Positions 1 to 12,124 of a stretch of 64,000 bases of DNA are shown one piece after another. The notes under the pieces are model-generated. The model worked only from the letters and a program-made list of their open reading frames with translations. It did not search any database and had not been told where the DNA came from. The DNA is from Octopus sinensis (Eukaryota). The first letter of the stretch is position 1, and each line of letters begins with the position of its first letter. The stretch is from positions 58,466,001 through 58,530,000 of the forward strand of contig NC_043013.1 in the NCBI RefSeq assembly GCF_006345805.1. The letters are read 5' to 3'. A program made the position numbers and the translations under genes.

Positions 1-165
1 GAAGAAGGGGGATGTTCCTTGTATTGTTTATCTTGTACTCTGTTTATTCGTTGTTAAAAAAAGTCCGTTTCCTTGTTTGATTTTATGTTTTCGTTTCTCG
101 TTGTGTTCTACGTTTATTTGTGGTGTCCTGTACTCATATATGCATGTATATATACATATAGATGT
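1..165 (+). repeat. Dispersed repeat, copy 1 (Penelope-pLTR-like T-rich terminal segment)
   Basis: GAAGAAGGGG...TTTTCGTTTCTCGTTGTGTTC...GGTGTCCTGTAC.CATATATGCATG is repeated with moderate divergence at 4329-4500. The ORF track shows matching peptides ([11 protein letters not shown]) at 77 and 4348. The Penelope link is inferred. Confidence 0.6.
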
Positions 166-218
166 AGGTATGTACATATATGTATGTATGTGTGCATATG
201 TTTTATTTATTAAATTGT

Positions 219-265
<47 letters not shown>

Positions 266-337
266 TACATACACACACACATGTATATATACATTTATAT
301 ATGTAAGCTTATTTTTGTATATATATATATATTTATT

Positions 338-373
<36 letters not shown>

Positions 374-390
374 CGTGTATGTATATATAC
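140..390. repeat. (TA)n/(TG)n/(CA)n compound microsatellite
   Basis: Directly visible dinucleotide runs; source of the YIYI/VCVC ORFs. Confidence 0.95.
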
Positions 391-854
391 GTGAACATAT
401 TCGTCTGCATTTATTCATTGTAAATTTTCTTGAATATTATCATTCACATAGTTGTTTTAATTATGTTCAAAACTTCCTTTCTACATTTGATTTTTTTCCT
501 TTCAATATTTACTTTTGTTAACTTTTTTTCCTCTCAATCAATATTTGTCAAATTCCAATTTAATCATATTTCTGGTTTAAATCGAGACTAAAAATATTTT
601 TGTGTCAATACCAAAATATTAAAATCAAACCTAGCAGAAATAAACCTAAAATATCTATAAATAAGCAACGGGAAATTGTGACTTATTTAATATTTCATTC
701 AATAGCTGCCTCCTTCATCGCGCCTATTCGCTAAAAGATTATTAAAAACATTGCAGCAGGTAAATTCTCTCAATATTTATCCGTATATACACATATGTAT
801 CGATGTTATATCTATGTATGCATATCTGTCTGTTTATGTACCTATCTCTCTGTC

Positions 855-968
<114 letters not shown>

Positions 969-3248
969 CGAAAGAGAGTGAGAATAAAGGAAGGCGGAAA
1001 CCTGAGTAAAGTTATGGAAAATTGTTTCTTGGCGGTTGAGATGATAACTGATGACCCTAAGTTGGTTTAATGACTGCACAAACAGTGAAAAGGAGTCAGG
1101 CTTACTACAATATAAGTAGCAAGTAATGCAGACGTCGGGTACTATCTTTAATGGAATCTGTTCTCATAGAGAGGTGAAAGGATTGGAAGGACTGCCTCTC
1201 TGTCAATTAGGGCATCCTCATTAACTCTCCCTTAATTGTTGCATTGAATCGACGATGTAGAAAAAGCATTCTGTTAAGAGTCTTAACAACTGGGTCGTGT
1301 TAAAATACGCATTTATAGAAAAGTTTCTTCGAATAAAAACATTTGGGAGGATGTTATAAACAGGATACCTTAGTCACCATCGCAGTCACACATTACAAAG
1401 TCGGGAATCTGTGGAATATGGAGAACACTTATTTTAAAACAAAAAAAGGAAGTTAAATCCAACCGTCAACAATCGAGAAGAGTTGTACGAAACTAATTGG
1501 CAAGTATAAAACTACAAACCTCCACATATCGCATAACTTGGTCGCCTTAAAATGTGTTTCATTATGTTTTAGGGATAAACGTTTTGCCGTCTCATGCAAA
1601 GAGATGACAGAATGGGGAAATATTTGAAATGTATTTTACAAGATGAACATTCCTATGTTTTTGATGTCGCCTAATTCTGATCAAATGGATTGTTATATAT
1701 GGTGTTCGAACTGTAAGTAATCCATATTGATCCCCTCATACACAGTATATCTCGGACTATTTTATCCAATGTATCCATTATCTTTAAGACTGTGAGGTTT
1801 AATTTTAGGAGAATATGGTTACTATTTTTAACAGATCAACTGTGGCATCTTTTTTCTTATCCTGATCTGGGAGCAGATGATCTTCGAAGCAAATCAAGCA
1901 GAAGTGAAATCAAAGGTGTTTCAACCGTAAACACCTTGTCTTTTTTTGACACGCACAGTGAATGTGCAACTATGGACTATAATATATTCTTCCTTTTATC
2001 TGGCAGCAGATTTGACTGTCGTTTCTCACATGTTAAATAATCCTGTAATGGATTCAATATTATCCAATGTTTCATTCTTGTCACAACCTTAAAATTCTTG
2101 TAAGAAATTGCAACAACTCTGAAATTCTCTTGACATTAAGCACGCTTCCACAATTAGTAGAAAGAACCACTACATTGTTTACTTGTAGATTTTACTGATT
2201 TGCTATAAAACATTTCCTTCCTTCGAGACGCCCGGCAGCCATTTTACTTTTTTTTATTATGCTTCTGTGTTTTACTTCTTTTTCATTCCTTTTCCCTTTC
2301 TTTTTGTAATGTTTTTACTGTTTTGGTTTCAATTTGTATTATAGCAGATCAGACATAAACCAAACATTAAGGAAATGAATCTGTCATTTGCTTAAAGAAT
2401 ATTCGAGACGATATTGTTGTACTGCAAACAAGAACAAGAATTAAGAAATCTCTACAAAAAAACTAAAAATAAAATAAAAAGACAATAACATTTACCAAAT
2501 ATATCTCCACACTACTGCACCCACAAAATAAATAACACTAAAATAAATAAAAAATGTATTAAATTCTTTTTAGTTATTTTTTCTTTGTAATTCTTAATTC
2601 GATGTCTTGGCGTGGTGCAAAGATGTTTTTGTGATATTAAAACGAATTCGATTTCGGGTATATTAGTTACACAAGAGATTTGTAATGTATCATGTTTAAT
2701 TACTAATTGCTAGAGATAAGGTCATAGTCCACAGTAACAGTGATGAATTAAAGTTGAATGGACCTCTGCCAGAACATTAGCATTGCCAAAATTCTAGAGG
2801 CTGAAGGAGATATAATATTTCTTTTTATTGGTAAGATGTTATTAAACTGCTATAGGGTGAATCAATTCCGTTTAAGACAACAATTCGAAATAATATATCT
2901 TATAATGGTCGAGTTGGTGTTGGTGTTAGTGATCATATCGATGTAGAACTTGTAGTTATAGTACAGGGACAGTGGTGTAATGAGATGGGTTTACAGCATT
3001 CCAAAGCAAATTCAAGAGGTAATTCAAACAGGAATACATGAGACACAAGTTAAAATATAATCACCTAAAAAATGTAACACGTCATTTCAGACTCATAAGA
3101 ATTAAACCGCAAGAAAGCACTCACTCGCTTCTACGAGGGAGTATTTACTTACTGTACTGTACATTTCTTGTATGAATGTAGGGCAAACTAAGACACAGTA
3201 ACGGAATTCGTTATTTTCGTCATGTGAAAATAGGGTTAAACTAAAGCG

Positions 3249-3460
3249 TTTGACCCGGTCATAAAAACAAAAAATAAAATAGTGTAATAGGTGTAAAACA
3301 ACTTGCTCTAAACAAATATTACAAAAAATGCGCGCTCGCGCCTTGGAAAATTCACATCTTCAGTCCATGGCCTTTAAACTATACTGTTTGACCCGGGCCA
3401 GAAAAAAAGAAGAAAATAGTGTAATTGGTGTAAAACTACTTGTTCTAAACGATTATACAC
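3249..3460 (+). repeat. Diverged direct tandem repeat, period 138 bp
   Basis: TTTGACCCGG...AAAATAGTGTAAT.GGTGTAAAAC.ACTTG.TCTAAAC begins at both 3249 and 3387. Confidence 0.8.
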
Positions 3461-3990
3461 GCACAACTCCATAATAATAATAAAAATAATAATAATAACA
3501 GATACTAAAGATGGTGCTATGGCCTTTTCTTTGATAATATCTTTCTTGCTTATTTAAATTCAGTTCAATGCACACTTGCCTTGATCCAACCATTTCGTTC
3601 ATAAGTTTCTGTGGTGGTAATAGATTGACATTTCTTTTGAGCCATTGTTTTGTAGTATGTCATCTTTGTTAGGTCTACCTCGTTATTTTGTCTCTCTGCT
3701 ACCTTTGCATAACTTTTTCTTCTTTCCAGTTCCTTATCCATCCTTCCAACCGCTCTAACAAGCTCTTCCTCCGACGAAGGCAGTTCCAACCCGCTGAGGT
3801 CGGAATAAAACTTATTTTTAGCCATTGCTGATTCTCCTATACTTGGAGAAACAGCACCACCATCAACAGCCGTTGCGAACAGCAAAAATCCAAACAATTA
3901 CAAATACAACCATTAACGCAAAAATTCAACTCACACCAATATCGGGAAGATTTAACGATTGTCGTGCAATTCTAGGACAATCTGTCTTTA

Positions 3991-4293
3991 ACTTCGGTGA
4001 AACATTCCTGCCCACAAAAAGCAAATTAAATAAAATTTGAGATTTTTTTGGCGCAGGGGTAAAAATGGTAACAAAAACAGGTCAGTCTGCCGTTCTCAAA
4101 AAGCGTTCGTAATATTTTCTTTCGTTTGGCTTAACAGCCCTCATTGTCTGTGTTACTGTTATTCTCCTTGCCCTGTCTTTTACTGTTTATACTGTCTTTA
4201 CTGTCCTGTTTTTGTTACCATTTTACCCCTACACAAAAAAATCTCAAATTTTATTTAATTTGCTTTTTGCGGGAAGGAATGTTTCACCGAAGT
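3991..4293. mobile_element. MITE-like element with ~100-bp terminal inverted repeats
   Basis: ACTTCGGTGAAACATTCCT...AAAAAGCAAATTAAATAAAATTTGAGATTTTTTT...GGGGTAAAAATGGTAACAAAAACAGG (3991-4082) is inverted at ~4203-4293. No clear TSD. Confidence 0.75.
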
Positions 4294-4328
4294 CGTGAAA
4301 CGCGGAGTAAATGAAACAGAGGCGACTG

Positions 4329-4500
4329 AAGAAGGGGAATTTTCCTTGTGTTATATGTCCTTTGTTCTATTTTTCGTTGCTTAAGAAAAATGACCATTTA
4401 CTTGGTTTTGTATTTATGTTTTCGTTTCTCATTGTGTTCGACGTTTTTTTGGTGTCCTGTACCCATATATGCATGTATATATACATGTAGATGTAGGTAC
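4329..4500 (+). repeat. Dispersed repeat, copy 2 (same family as 1-165)
   Basis: Direct similarity to 1-165, followed by a (TA)n tract. Confidence 0.65.
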
Positions 4501-4603
4501 GTACATATATGTATGTATATATGGATATGTTTTATTTTTTATTTGTTATTATATATATATATACATACATATATATATGTACATACATACATATATATAT
4601 ATG

Positions 4604-4674
<71 letters not shown>

Positions 4675-4841
4675 GAAATTCGGGGTGAGTACTTGATAAA
4701 TGTATTCTACATTGAGAGAAGAACGAGATGGACGCTTCATTTTTATGCTGTTGCCGCATTACGTCGTACGCGAATGAGAGGATTTGCATCCCCAACCAAG
4801 AATTTTTGATGTAATACATGTCCTTGAAGAAGTAGTTGTGC

Positions 4842-4919
4842 GCGGCTGAAGAAGGCCACAGACGCACATTATGCATTGTTATAAATCCGTCTAATAAAGG
4901 CCCGAAACATATGTACCGC
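4842..4919 (+). ncRNA. Type I hammerhead ribozyme motif in a Penelope-like terminal segment
   Basis: Stem I GCGG(4842-45)/CCGC(4916-19); core CTGAAGA (4846-52); stem II GGCC/GGCC with an inner AGACG/CGTCT helix; GAAA (4904-07); palindromic stem III AC-ATAT-GT; cleavage triplet GUA (4913-15). Confidence 0.7.
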
Positions 4920-4954
4920 TGAATCCTTGGCATCATGTTTTTATTTTGATTAAT

Positions 4955-5018
4955 TTATATATATATATAAATACATACATATATATATATATACATACAT
5001 ACATATACATACATATAT

Positions 5019-5053
<35 letters not shown>

Positions 5054-5124
5054 CATACATACATACATAAATATATGTACATATATACATACATATACAT
5101 ATATATGTACATATATACATACAT

Positions 5125-5171
<47 letters not shown>

Positions 5172-5215
5172 ATATATATAATATATATATATATATATAA
5201 TATAATATATATATA
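4955..5215. repeat. (TA)n/(TACA)n microsatellite
   Basis: Directly visible. Confidence 0.95.
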
Positions 5216-5410
5216 GTCAGACGCCATGATAGGTCGTTAGCTACTACACGCATTTTTTCTCTCCTTGTTTTTTCTGTGTATCTTTCTGTGGTAGAGCGTA
5301 GGCTCGAAACGTAAAAGACTTTTTCTATTCCTGAGCGCTATACTAAAAATTATGTTTGTTGTACACCACCTGCCTTCGTCTTTTGTTTATTTTCGTAAAC
5401 TTTCCCTTTA
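5215..5410 (+). mobile_element. Penelope pLTR-derived dispersed repeat with minimal hammerhead-like motif (copy 1)
   Basis: CTTT-CTGTGGT-A-GAGC-GTAG-GCTC-GAAA-CGT-A-AAAG at 5282-5317. Homologous copies at 15445-15640(-), 45062-45255(+) and 55975-56140(-). Confidence 0.7.
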
Positions 5411-5411
5411 T

Positions 5412-5471
<60 letters not shown>

Positions 5472-5494
5472 CATATTTATTTTTTATTTATTTT

Positions 5495-6240
5495 TATCTA
5501 GTTTCAGCTCACAAGTTGTGGCCATGCTGGGGCACCGCCATTTGGTGTTGCTACATGATTTTACTTCACGAATGCTTTTTAGCAATTGCCATTTGGTGCA
5601 TGAGAGAGTTCGATGTAGCTGCCCTCATCTGAACCTCCTGTGGTGAAGTTGGTTCATCTGGGTCACCTGACAAGAAGAGATCCAGTTTTATTTTAAAGAC
5701 ATCTGCATCCACCCCGTGCAGGTCTCTCAGGTTCTTCGGGAGGATATTGAAGAGCTGTGGGCCTCGGAAGCCCAGGCTATCACAGTATCTTGTCCTACAT
5801 CTTGATGGCATATTCGGAGCCCTTGGCACTGTGCAGTGGCGCCCAGTTCTGGCATTCGTATAATTCTCGATGCCAAAGTTTGGTACAAGTCCTTCCAGAA
5901 TCTTCCAGATGTATATTATGGCATATCTTTCTCGCCTACGCTCTAAGGAATAGAGTTGCAATCTTTTGAGTCTTTCCCAATATCTTATATACTGCACAGA
6001 GGCTATCTTCTTCGTGTAGCTTCGTTGGATCGCCTCAAGTTCTGTGATTAACTTGACACTGGATGATGACCATAGATGAGAGCAATAGTAAAAGTCTATC
6101 CTTCAGAAAGTCATGAAGCCATTCTCCCAATTTTCCAACTATGCCAAGATCACGCAGTTTGTGACATATCATTCCATGGTCGACTTTATCAAAAGCCTTT
6201 GCAAAGTCGAGATATATGACTTCCACATTTGAGTGGTTGA
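5495..6240 (-). mobile_element. CR1-group LINE 3' fragment with internal deletion (RT pieces plus 3' UTR)
   Basis: [41 protein letters not shown] (RT) is joined directly to the C-terminal YWERLKRLQLYSLERRRERY...GFRGPQLFNILP...FKIKLDLFL segment; A-rich tail at ~5480. Confidence 0.9.
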
Positions 6241-6249
6241 GCAGTCGTT

Positions 6250-6576
<327 letters not shown>

Positions 6577-6577
6577 G

Positions 6578-6872
6578 TGGAGGCGCAATGGCCTAGTGGT
6601 TAGGGCAGCGGACTCGCGGTCGTAGGATCGCGGTTTCGATTCCCAGACCGTGCGTTGTGAGTGTTTATTGAGCGAAAACACCTAAAGCTCCACGAGGCTC
6701 CAGCAGGGGGTGGTGGCGATCCCTGCTGTACTCTTTCGCCACAACTTTCTCTCACTCTTTCTTCTGTTGGCCTGCTCGCTTAGCCAGCGGGGTGGCGTCA
6801 TTTGAAGGCTAAAAAACAATGCGAAGCGCATTGTGACCAGCGATATGTAACAACATCTGATGGCCTGGTCGG
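6578..6872 (+). mobile_element. tRNA-derived SINE (family 2)
   Basis: Pol III A box TGGCCTAGTGG and B box GGTTTCGATTCC in the head; a reverse-strand partial copy lies at 50455-50637. Confidence 0.85.
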
Positions 6873-7074
6873 AAAAAAAGAAAAAAAGAAATATATATAT
6901 ACATACATATATATATATATTATTATTATCATTACTACTACTAGTAGTAGTAGTAATGGGATCGATGTAATTTGTGAATTAATTTTATCCTCGTATGAAA
7001 AGTGACATTTACATCCAATATTTGCTGAGTGTGTGCATTTCGGCCAACAGGCTAACGATTCTGCCAGTTCGCTG

Positions 7075-7077
<3 letters not shown>

Positions 7078-7159
<82 letters not shown>

Positions 7160-7195
7160 AAGAAGAAGAAGAAGAAGAAGAAGAAGAAGAAGAAA
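7078..7195. repeat. (AAT)n(AAG)n compound microsatellite
   Basis: Directly visible. Confidence 0.95.
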
Positions 7196-7450
7196 AAAGC
7201 ACCCAAACGTGGAGCCCAAGGGTGTATTAGGCATGTTTAAAAAGCATTCAGACAAACACAGGGCTTACGAATATATATATATAAGATACAGAAAATAGCA
7301 CTACTAGGTACTGCACACATCCCACGTAAAGCACTTTCCATAGAGTGAAAATAAGAGAATCATCAAACAAACTACAGCATGTACCCAAGGCTCACAGAGC
7401 TGCGCTCGGCAGTGGAGTGAAAGCACGTGATAAAAATAAGAGTATTGAAC
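7196..7450 (+). mobile_element. 3' end of R4/Dong-like RLE non-LTR retrotransposon (family A) with (AAT)n tail
   Basis: Encodes ...IQKIALLGTAHI..., followed by the 3' UTR ACCCAAGGC.CACAGAGCTGCGCTCGG.AGTG.AGTGAAAGCACG. This matches 35905-36110(-). Followed by (AAT)n at 7451-7497. Confidence 0.85.
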
Positions 7451-7497
<47 letters not shown>

Positions 7498-8747
7498 GAA
7501 GAATATTAGCAGCAGCTGCATCATCAACAAATATAATGAACTCATGGAGTAGAAAGCTGGTGAGTGAATAAAATTACTTATTAAAAAATTGAAATTTTCA
7601 AAATGTTATTCAATTTGCTGATAGCGAAAACTAATAAAATTGAATTTCTTTCTAATGTTTATAAATCCTATGAAATGCGTTGATGAAACCTCAAAAAACA
7701 CTAAATGTTATGGAATCATGTGAAATCAAAAAAATGCCATACGAAGATAATTCTAGAATTTAGTGTGAATAAGGAGAAACGAGACAGGATAACGGAGAGC
7801 AGAAATGATAAAAGACAGAAATATGATAGTGGAAATATGTTGGTTGAAGTGTGAAAGTTATGGTCTGTAAAAAGATTATTAAAAACGAGCCATGATTTGT
7901 AAAAGGAGTAGTAACAAAAATGTTAGAAAATAATAATGGTTTATAGAAAAATTTCTTAAAAATTACTGATGGCCCAGAATCTGGCTATAACCTGTGAAAA
8001 ATATTGATGAAACAGGTGATTGCATACGCGTGTGTCAAATTCAAGAGGTGGTCTACAAAATAGATCGTTAAAATCTCGCTATCATTTGTAACATAATTAT
8101 CAAAAACTAGTGTCGTATAAAAAGACTGTTACTCTGTCTATTACCTGTGAAAATGTTTGTTAAAATCTAGTGATTGTCCACAAATGTTTATTATAGATTA
8201 GGATTAATCTATTTCAAGATTGTTAAAAAATGGAGACAGCCAGTTTCACAATTGTTGCAGTTTTGTGAGATTCTTGAAAAACATTAAAAATTTAGTGGTG
8301 GTTGTTAAAAAGAAAATTATTGAACAAAATATTTGTTTATAGTGAGAATCCGTTTTTCTACTCAAAACTTGAACCAATAAATTTCAGGGAATATATTGTC
8401 TTTGTTTGTCATCGACACCGACTATCGCTAGTTTTACCAGTTTAGAATTTTATAGATATTTTCTCTTTAACATTACATTATTCAAATAATAATACATGAG
8501 ATGCATAAAAAACAGTGGTAGTTCAAACAATAATGTATTTATTCCGTCTTTATTCGTTCTGGCCAATTCAAACGTGAGTGTCTGATCGTTGTTATTTTTT
8601 TCATCGACAAACACCTCCTTTTTTCTGGGTTTTTTTTTTAAAGATATGTCTTCTTAACAAAGAACAGCATTCAGGTCTTCACGCTCGAATCTCTGAAAAC
8701 GTATTAGGACTAAATAGATAAGTTATTGTCATTATTTAGTCTATCGA

Positions 8748-9400
8748 AGGCAGCGAGCAGGCAGAATCGTTAGCACACAGGGTGAACTGCTTCGTGGTAT
8801 CTCGTCTGCCGCCGCGTTCTGAGTTCAAATTCAGCCGAGGTCGACTTTGCCTTTCATCCTTTCGGGGTCGATTAATTAAGTACCAGTTACACACTGAGGT
8901 CGATGTAATTGACTTAATCCCTTTGTCTCAATCCATGTTTGACCCCCCTCTATGTTTGGCCCCTTGCGGGCAATAAAGAAATGAGAATCGTTAGCATTTC
9001 GGACAAAAATGCTTTGGTGGTATTTCTTCTACCTATACCTTCTGAGTTCAAATTCTGCTGAGGTCGACTTTGCCTGTCATCCTTTCGGGAGTTGATAAAT
9101 TAAGTAATCGACTTGTACTCTCTCCCAAAACTTGGGACTTTGTATCTATAGTGGAAAGGATTTAGTTTAACGAAAGCAGCGAGTGGTAGAATGGTTAGGA
9201 CTTCGGACAAACGTGCTTTGGCGGCACTTCTACATATACCTCCTGAGTTCAAATTCAACCGTGGTTGACTTTGCGTTGCATCGTTTCGGCGTCGATAAAA
9301 TAAGCACTGGTTGAGTATTGGGGTCGAGTGAATTCGCCAGTTCATAAGTTAAGTACGCTCTTCCCCACTGGGGTCGATGTATTCTACCATCGATCTTTCC
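8748..9400 (+). mobile_element. Cluster of three tRNA-headed SINEs (family 1), one near full length (8748-8981)
   Basis: Repeated GGC(G/A)GCGAG..GGCAGAATCGTTAGCA...TTCTGAGTTCAAATT....GAGGTCGACTTTGCC..TCATCCTTTCGGG head and body at ~8748, ~8985 and ~9175. Confidence 0.85.
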
Positions 9401-9509
9401 CAAATTTTGTTTCAACTTCAAATAACAGCTGCTTAAATGCATCTTTTTCCATTTTAGTGTTGATGAATTGAGTATCAATAACTTTAAACTTTACTCTTGG
9501 CCTCAAACC

Positions 9510-10383
9510 GGATCTCTTCCATCTCAGTCACAGATTTTTTATTTAATTTTTTTTAATATACAGTTTGAAACTTCGATTACTGGTAGACTTTCTCACGTAG
9601 AACACGATTTACTCTGAACGGTTTTGGCAAAATTTCGTATTTTAGAAGTTATTTCGTGTTAAAGTTGTCGTATTTGGGTAATTTCAACCAATCAACGACG
9701 TGTATTCAGTTAAAGAAAGCTACTGCTGTTTGCGATAGTAATCGAGGAGAAACAACTTCCAGGTCATCTCTACTAAATGTTACCACGAATCCGCAGCTAC
9801 CTTTTTTTGTTGACGTATATGTAGTTTCAAAATGCTTTATTTTACAACTATGAGATGTATTGTTATTGTCATGATTTTATCTTACTATAATCAACACATT
9901 TCGTCAATATAAAAGTCTTTATTAGATAAAAAAAATAACATGATCAAAACATGAAGCAGATTATACACCGGAAAATATGGTAATTGTAGTGGTTGCTAGT
10001 TGATATTGTAGAACGGAAGAAAAGACTAAGGAATGCACGGTGTTGACTAGAAAGGAAGAAAGGATAAATGTGGCATCGTCGTCGCACAACATACAAATAT
10101 AACGGAGTAGTTATATTTAATAAAGATGACCTGGAAGTTGTTCCTCTTCGATTTCTAACGCAAACAGCAGTAGCTTTCTTCAACCGAACACACGTCGTTG
10201 ATTGGTTAAAATTACCCAAATACGACAACTTTAACACGAAATAACTTCTAAAATACGAAATTTTGTCAAAGCCGTTCAGAGTAAACCGCGTTCTACGTGA
10301 GAAATTCTAACAGTAATCGAAGTTTCAAACAGTTTAGTTTTAAAAATTAATTAAAATATCTATGATTGAGATGGAATCGATCC
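9510..10383. mobile_element. Non-autonomous DNA transposon (fold-back/MITE) with ~290-bp TIRs and 8-bp TSD
   Basis: Starts GGATCTCTTCCATCTC and ends GAGATGGAATCGATCC; flanked by CTCAAACC at 9502-9509 and 10384-10391. The ORF track gives near-identical peptides on both strands (9656+ and 10237-). Confidence 0.9.
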
Positions 10384-10819
10384 CTCAAACCTAAAATTTT
10401 ATGATTCAATACAAACGTATTGAATCATTTTAACTGAATCGTGGCGGGATTTGAACTAAGTTCGTAAATGGTCGAAACTAAAAACTGCAGCGCATTTTTC
10501 GAAGCGCTACAATTGTTATCAAGACCTCCCGACTTCTTGGTCAAATATTGATATTAAGGCCTTGAACTTAACATCAAAGGACGAGTATATTCAATTTAAT
10601 CGTCCCTGGCACGTGACGTACTTTCATTTTAGAAACTCCATGAACATAATCATTGCAGCTAACTTTACCCGAAAATTAATTGACGAAATGGGGAAATATT
10701 TCAATGGAATTCGTTTGGTACTTTAAAGATTCGGCTACTACATCGTCCGTCTCATTCAATACTTGCTTTAAGTTATAAAAAATTAAATTGTTGAATTGCG
10801 ACATATTCATATCATGTCT

Positions 10820-11270
10820 GTATTCTGTTGTCCAGATTAACAGTTGCTGTTCTTGTGTGCAGTGAAGGGAAATATTTATTAATTATATTAATATACACTA
10901 CTTTGTATAATTACGTGAATGACAATTGATATTGATGTGATGGATGGTCATATACTGGTGGACAAACGTATATACATATTGGAAATTATACCTGTAATCA
11001 GTGGAATATATTTAAAAGAGAAATGACAAGACGCAAGCTACGTAGTGGGGGGAGGAGATTTAAATCAGAAGAGGAGTTGTATAAATCTTGAATCACATTT
11101 ATTTGCTTAATTTTGTTGATTTTCTATATTTCATTAATGATCTTGAGGTCTTGGGCGAATATGAGAAATGGTATCTCAGAAACCGTGCCCACAAAATGGA
11201 TAAAATGAATTCATATCTGAATAGGCTACTGATAAATAATGTACTTTTATTTCCCATTCGCTGAAAAGCA
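10820..11270 (+). pseudogene. Possible heavily decayed Cys-loop receptor relic
   Basis: One frame reads LTVAVLVCSEG...CDGWSYTGGQTYIHIGNYTCNQWNI...EELYKS*ITF. These segments are in the order of nAChR motifs VLVxxDG / WxYxG / NxEW / ITF, but the spacings are off. A cadherin-like VNDN also occurs, so chance is possible. Confidence 0.25.
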
Positions 11271-12124
11271 CTTTCGCAGCAAAACAAAAAAGTGAACATT
11301 TGTATGAAATGAAATCTGCATTTTATTACAAAAGAGTGTGTAAGACCTGAGTCATGGAAGATAAGTTGAGTTCAACAGGACTTGACCTCAGGATAAAGAA
11401 CAAAAGTAATCAGCATCTGTGCGATCCATATTTTCGGTTACTGTTGTGCTCTAAAAACAAGAAATCAAAGTAAATAATATAAAAAATTCCACAAGGTCAT
11501 GTATTGTACATTGTTTAATTCCAGTTTAGTCCAGATGGAACTGGATCAATACCAAAGACGTCCGATATAAAATTACCCAAGTATTCTTTCTTTTTGCAAA
11601 CGGTAGAAGTAGTTAGAGGGAGTCGTGACTGTTCTTTCAAAAAAGAGATTATATTTGATTGAATGAGCACGTGTATATTACTGGTATCGATATGATATAT
11701 CAAACATGTTGGTTTCAAATTTTGGCACAGGGCCAGCAATTTCGGGGAAAGTGTAAGTCGGTTACATCAACACCATTGCTGAACTGGTAATAAGCGGGTT
11801 GAATTCGAACCCGAACAAAAAGGTAACAGAAGAGCCAAATATTAGAACTGTATGGAGGTAGGGACTGAAACATTTGTTAGCAATACAGTGCTTCCACTGA
11901 CCTCAAAGCGAGAGAAGCATAACCTTCACGTGAAAACTGAAAATGACAGATGGCTGAAAACGGTTGCGCGTTCAGTACAATGCACTGCGTTCAAACGTCA
12001 CCGCTTGCAAAGTAATCTAGTGTTTCCCTTATTCCTAGACTCCTAGTGATACTGCTTATAAAAATAGAGATTAATGTGTATTTTTCCTATGTTCAGAATT
12101 CTTTTGATTACAATACTGAAAAAA

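Noticed and set aside
1330-1520. Possible Tc1/mariner transposase traces (GNLWN...PSTIE; SPYSTD)
   Set aside because: Only two short motif echoes on opposite strands; no TIRs or DDE spacing.
4294-4345. CTGAAGA near GAAAC as another hammerhead
   Set aside because: No GAAA follows the stem, and consistent stems I-III could not be built.
6578-6660. tRNA gene
   Set aside because: It has A/B boxes but no complete cloverleaf and continues into a repeat body; it is a SINE head, as are the other tRNA-like heads.
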